DNA from: Candidatus Moraniibacteriota bacterium
GTDB lineage: Bacteria > Patescibacteriota > Minisyncoccia > Moranbacterales > UBA1568
Direction: 5' to 3'
Assembly: GCA_016699875.1 (NCBI GenBank)
Contig: CP064989.1
Location: 328,788 to 392,787 of the forward strand
DNA: 64,000 nucleotides
A program made the translations under genes and the position numbers. Positions 40,201-49,225 of this stretch are shown here, piece by piece. The notes beneath the pieces are model-generated. The model was not told where the DNA came from, did not search any database, and saw nothing but the letters and a program-made list of their open reading frames with translations. The stretch's first letter is position 1, and the number at the start of each line of letters is the position of its first letter.

Positions 40201-43200
40201 CCGGCATATGTCGTTCCGATCAAAAGATCGCTCGATGAATCCGAAATCGACATGGAAACAGACCGCGAATTATTGAGCGTCCCGTCAATATACAGACTCA
40301 TAGTGGAGCCGTTATACGTCGCCGCCACATGATGCCAACTCGTATTAAAAGAGCTGGTCGCCGACTGAAGAAAAGCATTGTTGCCGAATGACCACACGGC
40401 CGCATCAGCATTCGCAGTGTTTCCGGTACCGGCGTAAAACTTTCCTTTGTACGCACTGAATGCTCCGACTTCCTCAATCGTCGATCCCCAACTTCCACTG
40501 ATATTATCACCGCCGACCTGCGTCCATGATGAACCGACATATCGCCACACCTCTCCATCGCCGGCAGTTGTCCCCAGCCCGGCATAGAGCGCGCCATTGT
40601 AAACGGCAAGCGTCCGAACCCGCTCATATGTTCCACTTGCCCAACTTCCCCCGACATCGTCACCGCCAATCATAGTCCACGATGAGCCGTCATACTTCCA
40701 CACTTCCGCATCATCGGTCGATGTCCCGAGTCCGACATAGAGAAACCCGGCGTAGACAATCATGCTGTCTACCTGTTCATACGTACTATTGGCCCAGCTC
40801 GAGTTGACACCGTCTCCACCAACACGGCTCCACGACGGCGTGCCATCACAGTTCGTACACTCCCACACTTCGGCATCGCCGGCACTCGAGCCGAGACCGG
40901 CATATATCTTTCCGGCATATATGCCAAGTGTCGTCACCCGCTCAAAGTTCGTCGTCCAACCGGAATAGAGACTATCCCCACCAACTTTGGTCCACGTCGA
41001 TCCGTTCCATCGCCACACTTCGGCGTCATTAGCGCTATTCCCCAAACCGGCATAGAGAAACCCTCCATACGAAGCAAGCGAGTTCACCTCTTCGAAATTC
41101 GTCGTCCAGCCGGAGTTCAAACTATCACCGCCGATCTGCTCCCAAGTCGATCCATCCCAATGCCACACTTCGGCGTCATTGGCACTTGAACCCAAACCGG
41201 CATACAACTCACCTCCATGCCCGATCAAGCTCGTCACAGTTTCATACGTATTGGAAATCCAACTATTATTCACGCCTTGACCGCCAATGAGTTCCCAGGA
41301 TGAACCGTCAAATCGCCACACCATGGCATTGCCGATAGTGGCAACGCCTGTCCCCGCATACAGATAGTCGCCGGTCACATTCAAGACCTCGACACTCCGA
41401 AGACCGCGAAAACCCCAACTGAAGTTTATGTAATCTCCGCCGATAAGCTCCCATGATGAACCATTCCATGCCCATTCCTGTGCCGAAACCGTTGAACTTG
41501 AAGTGCTGACACCCGCAAAGAGCGTCGACCCGGATACAGCAAGCGTACTCACAATCGTGTGCGTACTCGAAAAACTCCCATTGACTCCATCGCCGCCGAT
41601 TTTGGTCCATGCTGATCCGTCAAAACTCCACACCTCATTGTCTCCGGCTGTTGATCCGAGACCGGCATAGAGCGTCGTTCCATCATTCGCGAGAGAATAC
41701 ACCATTTCATAGTTCGAACTGTCCCAGCTTGAACTTACGGTGTCACCGCCAATTTTGGTCCATGTTGAGCCGTTCCATTTCCAGACTTCCGCATCGCCAG
41801 CCGTCGATCCGAGACCGGCATAGAGATTCCCGCCGAAGTACGTCATCGAATAGACATACTCGTATGTCGCATCCCAGCTCGAATTCAAGCTGTCGCCGCC
41901 GATTTTGGTCCACGTTGATCCGTTCCATTTCCAGACTTCGGAATCTCCGGCCGTTAAACCCAAGCCGGCATACACATTCGTACCGTCATTTACCAAACTG
42001 TAGACGCCTTCGTAATTCGTCGTCCAGCCGGAGTTTAAGCTGTCGCCGCCGATTTTGGTCCACGTTGATCCGTTCCATTTCCAGACTTCCGCATCATTTG
42101 CTCCCGTCCCAAGTCCGGCATAGAGCTCTCCGCCGACAAACGTGAGCGCATTGACCGCTTCAAACGTATTGATTTGCCAGCTCGAATTGAGCGCATCACC
42201 ACCGATTTTTGTCCACGTTGATCCGTTCCATTTCCAGACTTCCGCATCGCCAGTTCCGCTTCCGAGTCCGACATAGAGATTCGTCCCGTCATTCGCCATG
42301 ACATACACCGCTTCAAACGTATTGATTGTCCAACAGTTATTGAGACCGTCACCACCAATCTGTGTCCATCTCGTTCCGTTCCATTTCCAGACTTCCGCAT
42401 CGCCCGTTCCATTTCCCGTCCCGACATACAAATCTCCCCCAAGAACATTTGAGGATTCAATAGTCGGATTCCCGTTCAAGTCCCAACTCCCGTTTATATC
42501 ATTTCCTGCCTGCTGCGTCCATCCGGATGCCGAATCATTTGCCAGCTCATAGGTGAGCTTGCCCGTTTCATTGTCGTAGTACAATTGATAGTCGCCCTTA
42601 TCAACAATTCCCTGGCGCTGAGCATGGCTTCCTGCCGAAAATGCCGAAGAGAATTTCGTCCACGCTTCAATCGTATTCGCCTGCGACAGAGAATTTTCAG
42701 CCGAATCCGGCACCGATGCAAACGCCGTTGTTCCATTGAAAGAGAGTGCATTGTTGAGATTTCCGGCTACGAAACTTCCACCCGATACCGTCGCGTGATT
42801 TGCGTTCGACGAACTGTCATTCGCCGTCGATCCACTCGATTCATCGAAATGGTAAAGTGCCACCGTATTGTCATCATCGGTGTAATTCTTAACCGAGAGA
42901 CGAGATTCCGTATTCGCGCTATCAATCGTAACTCCGCTTGAAGAGACGTACTCGCTTGATGTTGAAAAATCCCATGTCTCGCTGATTTCTCCGTCAGCGA
43001 GAATACTGTGGATCCGACCGGAAAGAAACAAAAATGCGCCTGCTGCCACGCAAGCGGACAAGACAGACAGACCGATATATCTCGGCTTCAGACTCCATAA
43101 AAACCGCGCAGTCCACACAAAGACTCGCGCCACAGAAACCGCGCCCGAAGCAAAAAGGCGATAGAAATTATTGTATTTTCGCATAGCATCCAAACGACGG

Positions 43201-43214
43201 GAATTCCCCCGCAT
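37248..43214 (-). CDS. Giant (1988 aa) secreted/anchored protein: N-terminal anchor, LamG/ConA-like region, ~14 beta-propeller-like ~50-aa repeats, C-terminal FN3-like domains
   Basis: repeat consensus 'GGDxxNSSWxxxxYExVxSLxxxGxLYAGLGSxAGDAEVWKWNGSTWTKIGGD'; FN3/purple-acid-phosphatase-N-like segments near C-terminus; underlying ~150-bp tandem DNA repeats (e.g. 41760-42250). Confidence 0.6.
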   Translation of the reverse strand: MRGNSRRLDAMRKYNNFYRLFASGAVSVARVFVWTARFLWSLKPRYIGLSVLSACVAAGAFLFLSGRIHSILADGEISETWDFSTSSEYVSSSGVTIDSANTESRLSVKNYTDDDNTVALYHFDESSGSTANDSSSNANHATVSGGSFVAGNLNNALSFNGTTAFASVPDSAENSLSQANTIEAWTKFSSAFSAGSHAQRQGIVDKGDYQLYYDNETGKLTYELANDSASGWTQQAGNDINGSWDLNGNPTIESSNVLGGDLYVGTGNGTGDAEVWKWNGTRWTQIGGDGLNNCWTINTFEAVYVMANDGTNLYVGLGSGTGDAEVWKWNGSTWTKIGGDALNSSWQINTFEAVNALTFVGGELYAGLGTGANDAEVWKWNGSTWTKIGGDSLNSGWTTNYEGVYSLVNDGTNVYAGLGLTAGDSEVWKWNGSTWTKIGGDSLNSSWDATYEYVYSMTYFGGNLYAGLGSTAGDAEVWKWNGSTWTKIGGDTVSSSWDSSNYEMVYSLANDGTTLYAGLGSTAGDNEVWSFDGSAWTKIGGDGVNGSFSSTHTIVSTLAVSGSTLFAGVSTSSSTVSAQEWAWNGSSWELIGGDYINFSWGFRGLRSVEVLNVTGDYLYAGTGVATIGNAMVWRFDGSSWELIGGQGVNNSWISNTYETVTSLIGHGGELYAGLGSSANDAEVWHWDGSTWEQIGGDSLNSGWTTNFEEVNSLASYGGFLYAGLGNSANDAEVWRWNGSTWTKVGGDSLYSGWTTNFERVTTLGIYAGKIYAGLGSSAGDAEVWECTNCDGTPSWSRVGGDGVNSSWANSTYEQVDSMIVYAGFLYVGLGTSTDDAEVWKYDGSSWTMIGGDDVGGSWASGTYERVRTLAVYNGALYAGLGTTAGDGEVWRYVGSSWTQVGGDNISGSWGSTIEEVGAFSAYKGKFYAGTGNTANADAAVWSFGNNAFLQSATSSFNTSWHHVAATYNGSTMSLYIDGTLNNSRSVSMSISDSSSDLLIGTTYAGREYGKPEGFFQGSLDELRISSIARTSFQSTPYSSGYETVTLASAVHTSGVKKWDSFVADEESPGAITYRLSDDGGSTWQYWTGSAWATSSGYAQSNDASTVSANISTFPAGSGGLLWQAVFLGNGNELVRLNSVVLTATADLSAPTWSGTPTLTAKDSDGGSTDLTTATWYSYSAPSFEWSAATDTGGSGVSGYYVYFGTSASAEPTTQGDFQSGNSYVATTDTDGNALVSGQKYYLIVKAKDVAQNSSVVFPVSFSYWLDSTAPTNPLGVTAAPAVYSPDNDFSFLWSAGVDGNGNPATNSMIAGYQYQIGATVASDSWSATTTALQVDIADAAYQTGENFFYLRTIDVAGNVSSGNVRTSFYYAGSGPTAPQNVQAIPETNTANSFAFTWDPPFSFSGEASDLTYCYTVNAIPSEDACTFTSPGVESVAASAFATQKGANTFYVVAKNPEDLGGVINYGAYETVEFVADTSAPGIPLNTDIADVSVKNTESWKLAISWEAPADIGSGVDSYQIYHSLSEGGTYAKVASTSGIAFVDTGLTQATHYYKIRACDSVNNCGAFSEVVSSYPTGKYTEAAGLASGPSVSLITTKSATIGWSTDRASDSKVQYGKGSGDYYSEEPSNSEQVTDHEIKLSNLSPGTTYHYRARWTDEDGNTGLSGEKAFKTDPAPTVVDPNLKSAGLSNAILEFTAKGASKVKIYYGLTEAFGLVKEISTSTSETTYTTSIEDLLDGTKYYYKINTVDSEGEEYEGNTLSFETLPRPKIEEVRIQQVKGTAQTVLLISWKTNTETSSIVTYAPEGGAGDARDEVDAKMVVGEHRILLRDLLPQTSYSLVVRGRDNFGNEAKSDALQFTTATDTRAPQIIDANVEGLIVKSSDGSQGEAEAQLVVTWTTDESATSQVEYGEGTGSVYPQKTQEDASLVSNHTVVISKLTPSKVYHLRVLSKDKAGNVGESIDIVSIAPKATENALDIVFSSLKSIFGQ

Positions 43215-43396
43215 ATGGAAGATGTTTATTTTCTTTTATTATATAGCACTTCGAGATAACTCCAAAGAGGCAACTCCAAAAAAATTCGAGGAAGAAAGTC
43301 ATATTTCCACCTCCAAAGAATGGGGTTGATTTACTTCTTGTCCTTGCCCGAATGCCCGTTCATGCTAGAGTGATATCGGAAGAGCTTTCCGACACT

Positions 43397-43843
43397 ATGC
43401 CAACTCTCGCCTACAACAAGCGCGCTCGGTTTGACTACGAAATCCTTGAGACTCTCGAGGCGGGTATTGCACTCTCCGGACACGAGGTAAAATCGATAAA
43501 AACCGGGCATGTGAGTCTTCAAGGAAGCTTCGTTACCATACGAGGCTCTGATTTGATGCTTACCAACGCGCTTGTGCCGTTCTATCCCTTTGCGGGCGAT
43601 CCGTCAAACTACGACCCGACACGTCCGCGTCGCCTCCTTGTCAAAAAGAACGAATCCAAGCGACTGATTGGAAAAGTTCGAACGAACGGCTTGACACTGA
43701 TTCCGCTTCGGGTCTATACTAAGAGACACCTCATAAAGGTCGAGTTTGCTTTGGCAAAAGGAAAAAAAGAATACGACAAGCGCGCCACTACCCAAAAGCG
43801 CGAATCTGATCGTAAAATAGCCCGAGCAATGAGAAGATCCTAA
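43397..43843 (+). CDS. smpB: SsrA-binding protein SmpB
   Basis: 'AYNKRARFDYEILETLEAGIALSGHEVKSIK...GSF' SmpB signature; ORF-track start 43352 probably an N-terminal overextension. Confidence 0.85.
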   Translation: MPTLAYNKRARFDYEILETLEAGIALSGHEVKSIKTGHVSLQGSFVTIRGSDLMLTNALVPFYPFAGDPSNYDPTRPRRLLVKKNESKRLIGKVRTNGLTLIPLRVYTKRHLIKVEFALAKGKKEYDKRATTQKRESDRKIARAMRRS

Positions 43844-43887
43844 ACAGCCGCGCAATAATGGGAACCGAAAAAGATTCTCATTATCGA

Positions 43888-44284
43888 GGGGTTGTCTAGA
43901 CTCGACAGGGTGCACTTTGAAAATATGCAAGCCGATTATGAAGGTGATATCGTAAATCTTCCCTTCGCGATGATACCTGCAAACTTCATCACAAAGGCAA
44001 AGCAAGCCTTCGCGCAAGCGTTCCAGCCTGCTTTCGCTTCCGCTCTCGCCTAATTTCGGCAGGAGCCATCGGACTCCCGACTCCCGATAGGGAATGTTCC
44101 GGTGTCATATCATCGGGAAAGCTCGGTTTTCTTGCCCTATGGAAAGCCGATCGCTTCTGCACATAAGGCACGTTGAGCCGTTTTCGCGCACTTCCTGACG
44201 GTTCGACGCATACCAAGTGCGCTATGCTTGTAGACTATTTTTGAAACTCATCACTGGACATGGGTGCAATTCCCATCAACTCCA
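43888..44284 (+). ncRNA. ssrA: tmRNA (ssrA)
   Basis: 5' 'GGGGTTGTCTAGACTCGACAGGG' matches tmRNA acceptor/D-loop consensus; 3' 'GGACATGGGTGCAATTCCCATCAACTCCA' aligns to T-arm/acceptor of E. coli tmRNA 3' end; internal tag ORF ending '...AFASALA*' (gct ctc gcc taa); located directly after smpB. Confidence 0.75.
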
Positions 44285-44305
44285 CATATTTTTTGCAAAA
44301 CCACG

Positions 44306-44854
44306 ATGCGCCGACGTCGATATCGAAGACCCAGACCGAAAGTTGTTGAAACCCCAAAGGCACGTGTCAATGAACATATCCGCGTGCCATTTGTGTTTGT
44401 CGTCGATGCGGACGGAACCGTCAACGAAAACATGCCGATCGAACAAGCTATCGCTCGCGCCAAGGAGCAAGAGCTCGATCTCGTCGAAGTGTCCCCAAAA
44501 GCAACACCTCCGGTCTGCAAAATCCTCGATTACGGCAAGTATCTCTACGCCGAAGGAAAGAAAGAGCAGAAAGCCAAAAGCAAACAGAAGAAGGTTGAGA
44601 CCAAGGGCATTCGCCTCCGTCTTCGCACTGACACGCATGACCTCAACTTCAAGCGGGCGCAGGCAGAGAAATTCCTCACACGAGGACACAAAGTAAAAAT
44701 AGAGATCGTGCTCCGCGGACGAGAAAAAGCGCTTCCGGACAAGGCTCGAGATGCCCTCCGGGAATTCTTCAACAGCATAAAAGCGCCCTTTGGCATTGAA
44801 GAGGATATCAAGCGATTCCCCAACGGCTTCCACATCATTATTGCCCCAAAATAA
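44306..44854 (+). CDS. infC: Translation initiation factor IF-3
   Basis: 'NEHIRVPFVFVVDADGTVNENMPIEQAIARAKEQELDLVEVSP' IF3 N-domain, C-domain 'IRLRLRTDTHDLNFK'; start codon uncertain (IF3 often uses atypical start). Confidence 0.8.
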   Translation: MRRRRYRRPRPKVVETPKARVNEHIRVPFVFVVDADGTVNENMPIEQAIARAKEQELDLVEVSPKATPPVCKILDYGKYLYAEGKKEQKAKSKQKKVETKGIRLRLRTDTHDLNFKRAQAEKFLTRGHKVKIEIVLRGREKALPDKARDALREFFNSIKAPFGIEEDIKRFPNGFHIIIAPK

Positions 44855-44863
44855 GGAAAACCT

Positions 44864-45058
44864 ATGAAGCAGAAAACTCGGAAATCCGTCGCCAAGAAAG
44901 TCAAGGTGACCAAGAGCGGCAAAGTGATTCGCCGCACCACAAAACAAAATCACTACAATCTCCGAGAGACCAAGGAGTCGAAGAGAGCGAAGCGCCGAGA
45001 TATTACCATGACTGGTCGAGATGCCAAGAACATCAAAGCCGCCCTCCCCTACGCCTAA
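44864..45058 (+). CDS. rpmI: 50S ribosomal protein L35
   Basis: Lys/Arg-rich 64 aa 'MKQKTRKSVAKKVKVTKSGKVIRR' between infC and rplT. Confidence 0.85.
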   Translation: MKQKTRKSVAKKVKVTKSGKVIRRTTKQNHYNLRETKESKRAKRRDITMTGRDAKNIKAALPYA

Positions 45059-45105
45059 AGAAAATCACTGCTGTCCGCTATAACCCCTAGAGATCACATA
45101 CGTTT

Positions 45106-45453
45106 ATGCCAAGAGTAAAGCGCGGTGTTTCCGCCAACAAACGAAGAAAGAATGTCCTCAAAATGGCGGAAGGGTTCCGGTGGCGCCGCAAAACCAACTA
45201 TCGCGCCGCCAAAGAAGCGATTCTGAAGGCGGGAAAGTATGCTTACCGTGATCGACGCGCCAAGAAACGTTCGTTCCGAAGCTTGTGGATTGTCCGCCTC
45301 AACAATGCCCTGCGCGAACACGGACTTACCTATGCGCGATTCATCGATATCGAGAAGAAAAAGAACATCGAACTTGACCGAAAGGTCCTCTCCGAGCTTG
45401 CCGTGCAGCATCCGGACATCTTCAAAACATTTGTGACGTCTGTGAACAAATGA
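45106..45453 (+). CDS. rplT: 50S ribosomal protein L20
   Basis: '[29 protein letters not shown]...[22 protein letters not shown]'. Confidence 0.9.
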   Translation: MPRVKRGVSANKRRKNVLKMAEGFRWRRKTNYRAAKEAILKAGKYAYRDRRAKKRSFRSLWIVRLNNALREHGLTYARFIDIEKKKNIELDRKVLSELAVQHPDIFKTFVTSVNK

Positions 45454-45478
45454 GCGTTTGAAAATCACGACACCACAT

Positions 45479-45512
45479 AAAAACACCCTTGAAAATCGGG
45501 TGTTTTTATGTT
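45479..45512 (+). terminator. Rho-independent terminator of infC-rpmI-rplT operon
   Basis: 'aaacaccc-ttgaaaatc-gggtgttttt' then 'atgttttat'. Confidence 0.65.
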
Positions 45513-45710
45513 TTATCTCTTAAGAACCTGCTTACAATCTCTCTTTCGTCACGAGATTTTCAAATTTTGAGCGAAAAACATGAAGATTGAGAAAGGCTAC
45601 TCGGAGAGTAACCTGACAAAATCTGAATGTTTTGCAGCCAAAATTTGAAAGTCGGAGTAGAATATGGAGATTGTAAACAGATTCTAAGGTACGGATAATT
45701 CGCGCATCCG

Positions 45711-46199
45711 CTACCTCAACAATTCATCTTTTGCATTCCCTTTCCAATGACGAAGTATCCAGAGAGAGAAAACGAGGGCAAGAAAAATACCAAACGCATC
45801 GATAATAATGTCCGAGACCTTCCCTTGCCGACCGGTCACGAAGAGTTGGTGCGCCTCATCAGATATCGAAAAGGGCAAAGAGAGCAGTATGGCACCTGCG
45901 GCCGCTATATGAGAATTCCGAGGAAACAATCGATCAAAGAGCCGAAAAGAAAGAACTCCCAAGATAAAATATTCGGCGACATGCGCCCCCTTTCGCACAA
46001 GAAGATACGGCAATGAAATATGCTGTCCGGCAACACCGAGACTCGGTTGATCCGAGAGCAAGAAAATAACGCTCATCCACACAAGAATCGGGACGATGCA
46101 GTAGTAGAAAACACCCCCACATCGAACCAGCCGCTCCGAAAAAGTATTCATTGATCCGTTTTCAATGTTTCCTGAAACGACCGAGAAGTTCCTTAACAA
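45711..46199 (-). CDS. VanZ-like membrane protein
   Basis: four TM helices, 'RKGAHVAEYFILG' VanZ-like motif. Confidence 0.45.
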   Translation of the reverse strand: MLRNFSVVSGNIENGSMNTFSERLVRCGGVFYYCIVPILVWMSVIFLLSDQPSLGVAGQHISLPYLLVRKGAHVAEYFILGVLSFRLFDRLFPRNSHIAAAGAILLSLPFSISDEAHQLFVTGRQGKVSDIIIDAFGIFLALVFSLWILRHWKGNAKDELLR

Positions 46200-46300
46200 G
46201 GATACCGAATGCGAAAAATGGGAGCCAGAGCCAAAGTATTTTTTTGAGAAATTTCTCGAGAAACTGTCCCATACCGATCATTCTATATGGTTAGACACGC

Positions 46301-47035
46301 TCATTCACGCAGCGGAAGCGCATGATAACACGTGGGATCAATCTCATACACCACATCTTTCTTTTCCACGACAATCCGCCAGCCCTTTTCTTCAGCAACA
46401 GCCTTGAGATTCTCGTTGGGATTGAAAGCGATAGGATGCTCAACGAGTTCCAAAAATTTGATATCGGACTCAGTATCACCAACTCCGTACGAATCCGAAA
46501 ATGACACACGATATTCCTCAAATAGCTTCCGTGCCGCCGTTCCCTTATCGCGACTTGGCTCATACGACGCTATACCGGTATAGCGACCATCATCACTCAC
46601 TTCATAGACACTTCCGATAACAGAATCAAAGTGGAGATAGTCGCGATTGTATGCCTCAACGATCTCAAGAGGCGAACCGGAAATAGCAAAAAGGAGATAC
46701 CCCTCACCGCGAAGCTTTGCGATAAGATTCTCGGCAAATATGTATGTCTGCCGTTCACGAAACGGGACAACACTCTCTGCGGCGCGCGCAACATCTTCCG
46801 GCGTACATCCGCGAACAAATCGCGCATACAGGTCGATAAGCGCAAGACGATAATCCTCATACGTTCCCGTATGTGTAAGCCATTTCGAATACAGATCAAC
46901 CAATGTTTTCCGAACATGTGACGGAAATATCCGCAGCCATGAGAGTTCATTGATAAGCTCGAAATGGAGATTTTTCCGAAAAATTGTCCCATCTATATCG
47001 AAAATTGCCGCTTTGGTCTTCTCCGTTGATTTCAT
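46301..47035 (-). CDS. HAD-superfamily hydrolase (phosphatase)
   Basis: motif I 'AAIFDIDGTIF', motif IV 'GVGDTESDIKFLE'; start set at MKSTEK (47035) rather than ORF-track 47206. Confidence 0.7.
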   Translation of the reverse strand: MKSTEKTKAAIFDIDGTIFRKNLHFELINELSWLRIFPSHVRKTLVDLYSKWLTHTGTYEDYRLALIDLYARFVRGCTPEDVARAAESVVPFRERQTYIFAENLIAKLRGEGYLLFAISGSPLEIVEAYNRDYLHFDSVIGSVYEVSDDGRYTGIASYEPSRDKGTAARKLFEEYRVSFSDSYGVGDTESDIKFLELVEHPIAFNPNENLKAVAEEKGWRIVVEKKDVVYEIDPTCYHALPLRE

Positions 47036-47066
47036 ATGTAAAGTATATCGACTTCCGAAACAGCGG

Positions 47067-48080
47067 TCAACGCGCACGAAACACATCCCGAGCCGCATCC
47101 CACACATCGGAAACGCCGCGCTTTTCTCTGAGCCAGTACCACCACTCCGCCCCCCAGAGATACACATCCGAAAATCCGACCTGTCGAGCATAGCGCACAT
47201 TCTCAAGCAATTGCTCGGCGTTCATCGTTTTCCACTGCTCGTCGAGCGAGACATCCATGAACGAGCCATTTGCCCATGGCTCCGCTTGGAGCTCAATTAC
47301 CATAAAATTCTTCTGACGCGAGAAGATTCGAACCAGCATCTCTTTAAACCGGAAAAAGTTCGGCCCGATCGGATACGTGATATACCCAAATCGATTGCTC
47401 CAGAGCTTCCGGTAGAGCGTCGTTCCGAATACATCCCCGCGACTCGCTGCCGGAATCCACGTCGACAGCTCCCCACTATCCGTCGTCAGAATCGGACGGG
47501 AAGAATCTTCGGCGCGAGCTGCGGATATTTCCCGGTCAAGTGTTGCGCCGGAAAGAGGCGGGCAGATTCCAAACGCCAGGAACGGTTCATTCTCAATTTG
47601 CCACAAAGAAATTTCCGATCGATCTTTGTAGTGCTCGATGGTTTTCCGAATAAACCGTACTGCCGCTTCATTTTTCAAGTCATCCGTATCCGCCCATGTC
47701 GGTACAAAGCACTCCGGCCATCGCGGGACCTTCTGCCCGACAGCAAGAATCACATCGACATCATACTGACGCGCCATATCAAGCTGCCAGTCGATATCGG
47801 AAAAATCAAATGTTCCGCGCTCACGCTCAACCGTATCCCAATACACCGGAATGCGCACTCTCTGCACACCAAGATCTTCAAACAGGGCGCGAAGCACTTC
47901 CGGAGCATCAAGTCCCAAATCACGCGCGAATCGACTCGAGAACGTAATGCCAAACCGCACGTCTTCGCGGGGTTCCGGACCCGGAAGATTGAAATACACA
48001 AAAAGAATCGCCGCCAGAACAAAGAGACTTGCGACAATCCACAGGACAATCTTCAGACATCGAAACAATATAGCTTTCAT
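47067..48080 (-). CDS. Glycoside hydrolase, clan GH-A-like (GH5/GH42-type TIM barrel) with N-terminal membrane anchor
   Basis: 'WQIENEP' catalytic acid/base-type motif, 'RIPVYW' beta-strand motif. Confidence 0.45.
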   Translation of the reverse strand: MKAILFRCLKIVLWIVASLFVLAAILFVYFNLPGPEPREDVRFGITFSSRFARDLGLDAPEVLRALFEDLGVQRVRIPVYWDTVERERGTFDFSDIDWQLDMARQYDVDVILAVGQKVPRWPECFVPTWADTDDLKNEAAVRFIRKTIEHYKDRSEISLWQIENEPFLAFGICPPLSGATLDREISAARAEDSSRPILTTDSGELSTWIPAASRGDVFGTTLYRKLWSNRFGYITYPIGPNFFRFKEMLVRIFSRQKNFMVIELQAEPWANGSFMDVSLDEQWKTMNAEQLLENVRYARQVGFSDVYLWGAEWWYWLREKRGVSDVWDAARDVFRAR

Positions 48081-48088
48081 TTCTCACA

Positions 48089-49111
48089 TCAAAAAAGAGT
48101 CAACTCTCCACGAACTGAGAACCAAATACCAATCGTTATGCAAACGAATGCCGCCATTTTCCACAGCCAGTCGGCACGAGACAATCGCTCGGAGAATACA
48201 TCCGGAAATTTCTTTGAAAGAAAGAGTGCTATGAGAAACACAAAAGCAAATTGCACACCAACCATCGCCTGAACCAACGCAGCCGGTCCTCGATATGTGG
48301 CGAATATGATAAGAATCGCGCCGATACCTCCTATGGTTTTCCCGGAAATAAAGATGAGCCACGTCGGCACCGAGCCCGTCCGTTCATGCAAAGCCATGCC
48401 CGACGCATCTGCCAGAACAGAACGCGAAAAACCCGGCTTCCGAAAAGGAAACTTTTCAAAGAAGAAAGAAAGCATGTCTCGACGATACGCAGGCACAAGA
48501 GCCAAAGACACTCCACCAAGAAACACGCCAAATCGAGACCAAATAAGCCCACTCACAAAATTCGCCCCGCTCCCCTCCCCCACTTTGATAAGAATGTAAA
48601 ATCCCGCGAGCAACAACCCGGAAAGGAATGAGAGGCCGACAACTCGCTTCGAATAGGAAGGACCATCGGAGCAAGAGAAAGAAAGCATCGCTACCCCTGC
48701 CAACAAAAGCGCGAACGAAATCAATCCAAAGACAGGGACATCGCCGGAAAGAAATATCAAAACAATCGAGGGCACAAGCGTTATCATCGCCGAAAAGATG
48801 CCGACAAGCGGCAAGACTCTCGATACTTCTCCCAATTGAAACGCAGTAAACAGAAAAAGCAAACTCCACGCAAAAAGCATTCCCGACGCCAGGAAAATTA
48901 CCATGCCAACCGGAGGCAAAAGTTGCAAACCAAATGGCGCAAGCGCAAACGATGTCAAACTAAACAGCGTCAAAACCAAAACATACGCCGCCGGCTTCTC
49001 GATGCGCCCCGACACCAAGAACTTATCTGCAATACCGGAAAGCGCCGTCGCCCCATACCCCCCAATCGCCGAAAAGAGCCACAGCATAATAAACACGGAA
49101 AAGAAAAACAA
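48089..49111 (-). CDS. Polytopic membrane protein of unknown function
   Basis: ~10 hydrophobic helices; no motif recognised. Confidence 0.35.
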   Translation of the reverse strand: MFFFSVFIMLWLFSAIGGYGATALSGIADKFLVSGRIEKPAAYVLVLTLFSLTSFALAPFGLQLLPPVGMVIFLASGMLFAWSLLFLFTAFQLGEVSRVLPLVGIFSAMITLVPSIVLIFLSGDVPVFGLISFALLLAGVAMLSFSCSDGPSYSKRVVGLSFLSGLLLAGFYILIKVGEGSGANFVSGLIWSRFGVFLGGVSLALVPAYRRDMLSFFFEKFPFRKPGFSRSVLADASGMALHERTGSVPTWLIFISGKTIGGIGAILIIFATYRGPAALVQAMVGVQFAFVFLIALFLSKKFPDVFSERLSRADWLWKMAAFVCITIGIWFSVRGELTLF

Positions 49112-49225
49112 ACAGCTCCATTATACCATCAAAACCTATGAACAAAGCATAAAAAAAGACGACCACTCAAGACGGATCGTCGAAGTCTTCAATATTCAAT
49201 CCTCTTGTCTCACGAAATCAGAAAT

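Noticed and set aside
41609-42941. Arg/Ser-rich plus-strand ORFs (41609..42145, 42585..42941) within the giant repeat gene
   Set aside because: Antisense translations of the ~150-bp tandem repeats; the periodicity of the 'RRRFWSTLIRSISRL' repeats mirrors the sense-strand propeller blades.
44217-44696. ORFs 44217..44696(+), 44251..44520(-) and the 5' part of 44264..44854(+) overlapping the tmRNA 3' end
   Set aside because: Region is better explained by the tmRNA 3' domain followed by infC starting near 44306. The upstream extension 'MQFPSTPHIFCKTT' is tmRNA T-arm sequence.
46950-48272. 440-aa plus-strand ORF spanning HAD, GH and membrane-protein genes
   Set aside because: Antisense to three consecutive well-formed minus-strand genes, with highly basic low-complexity composition.
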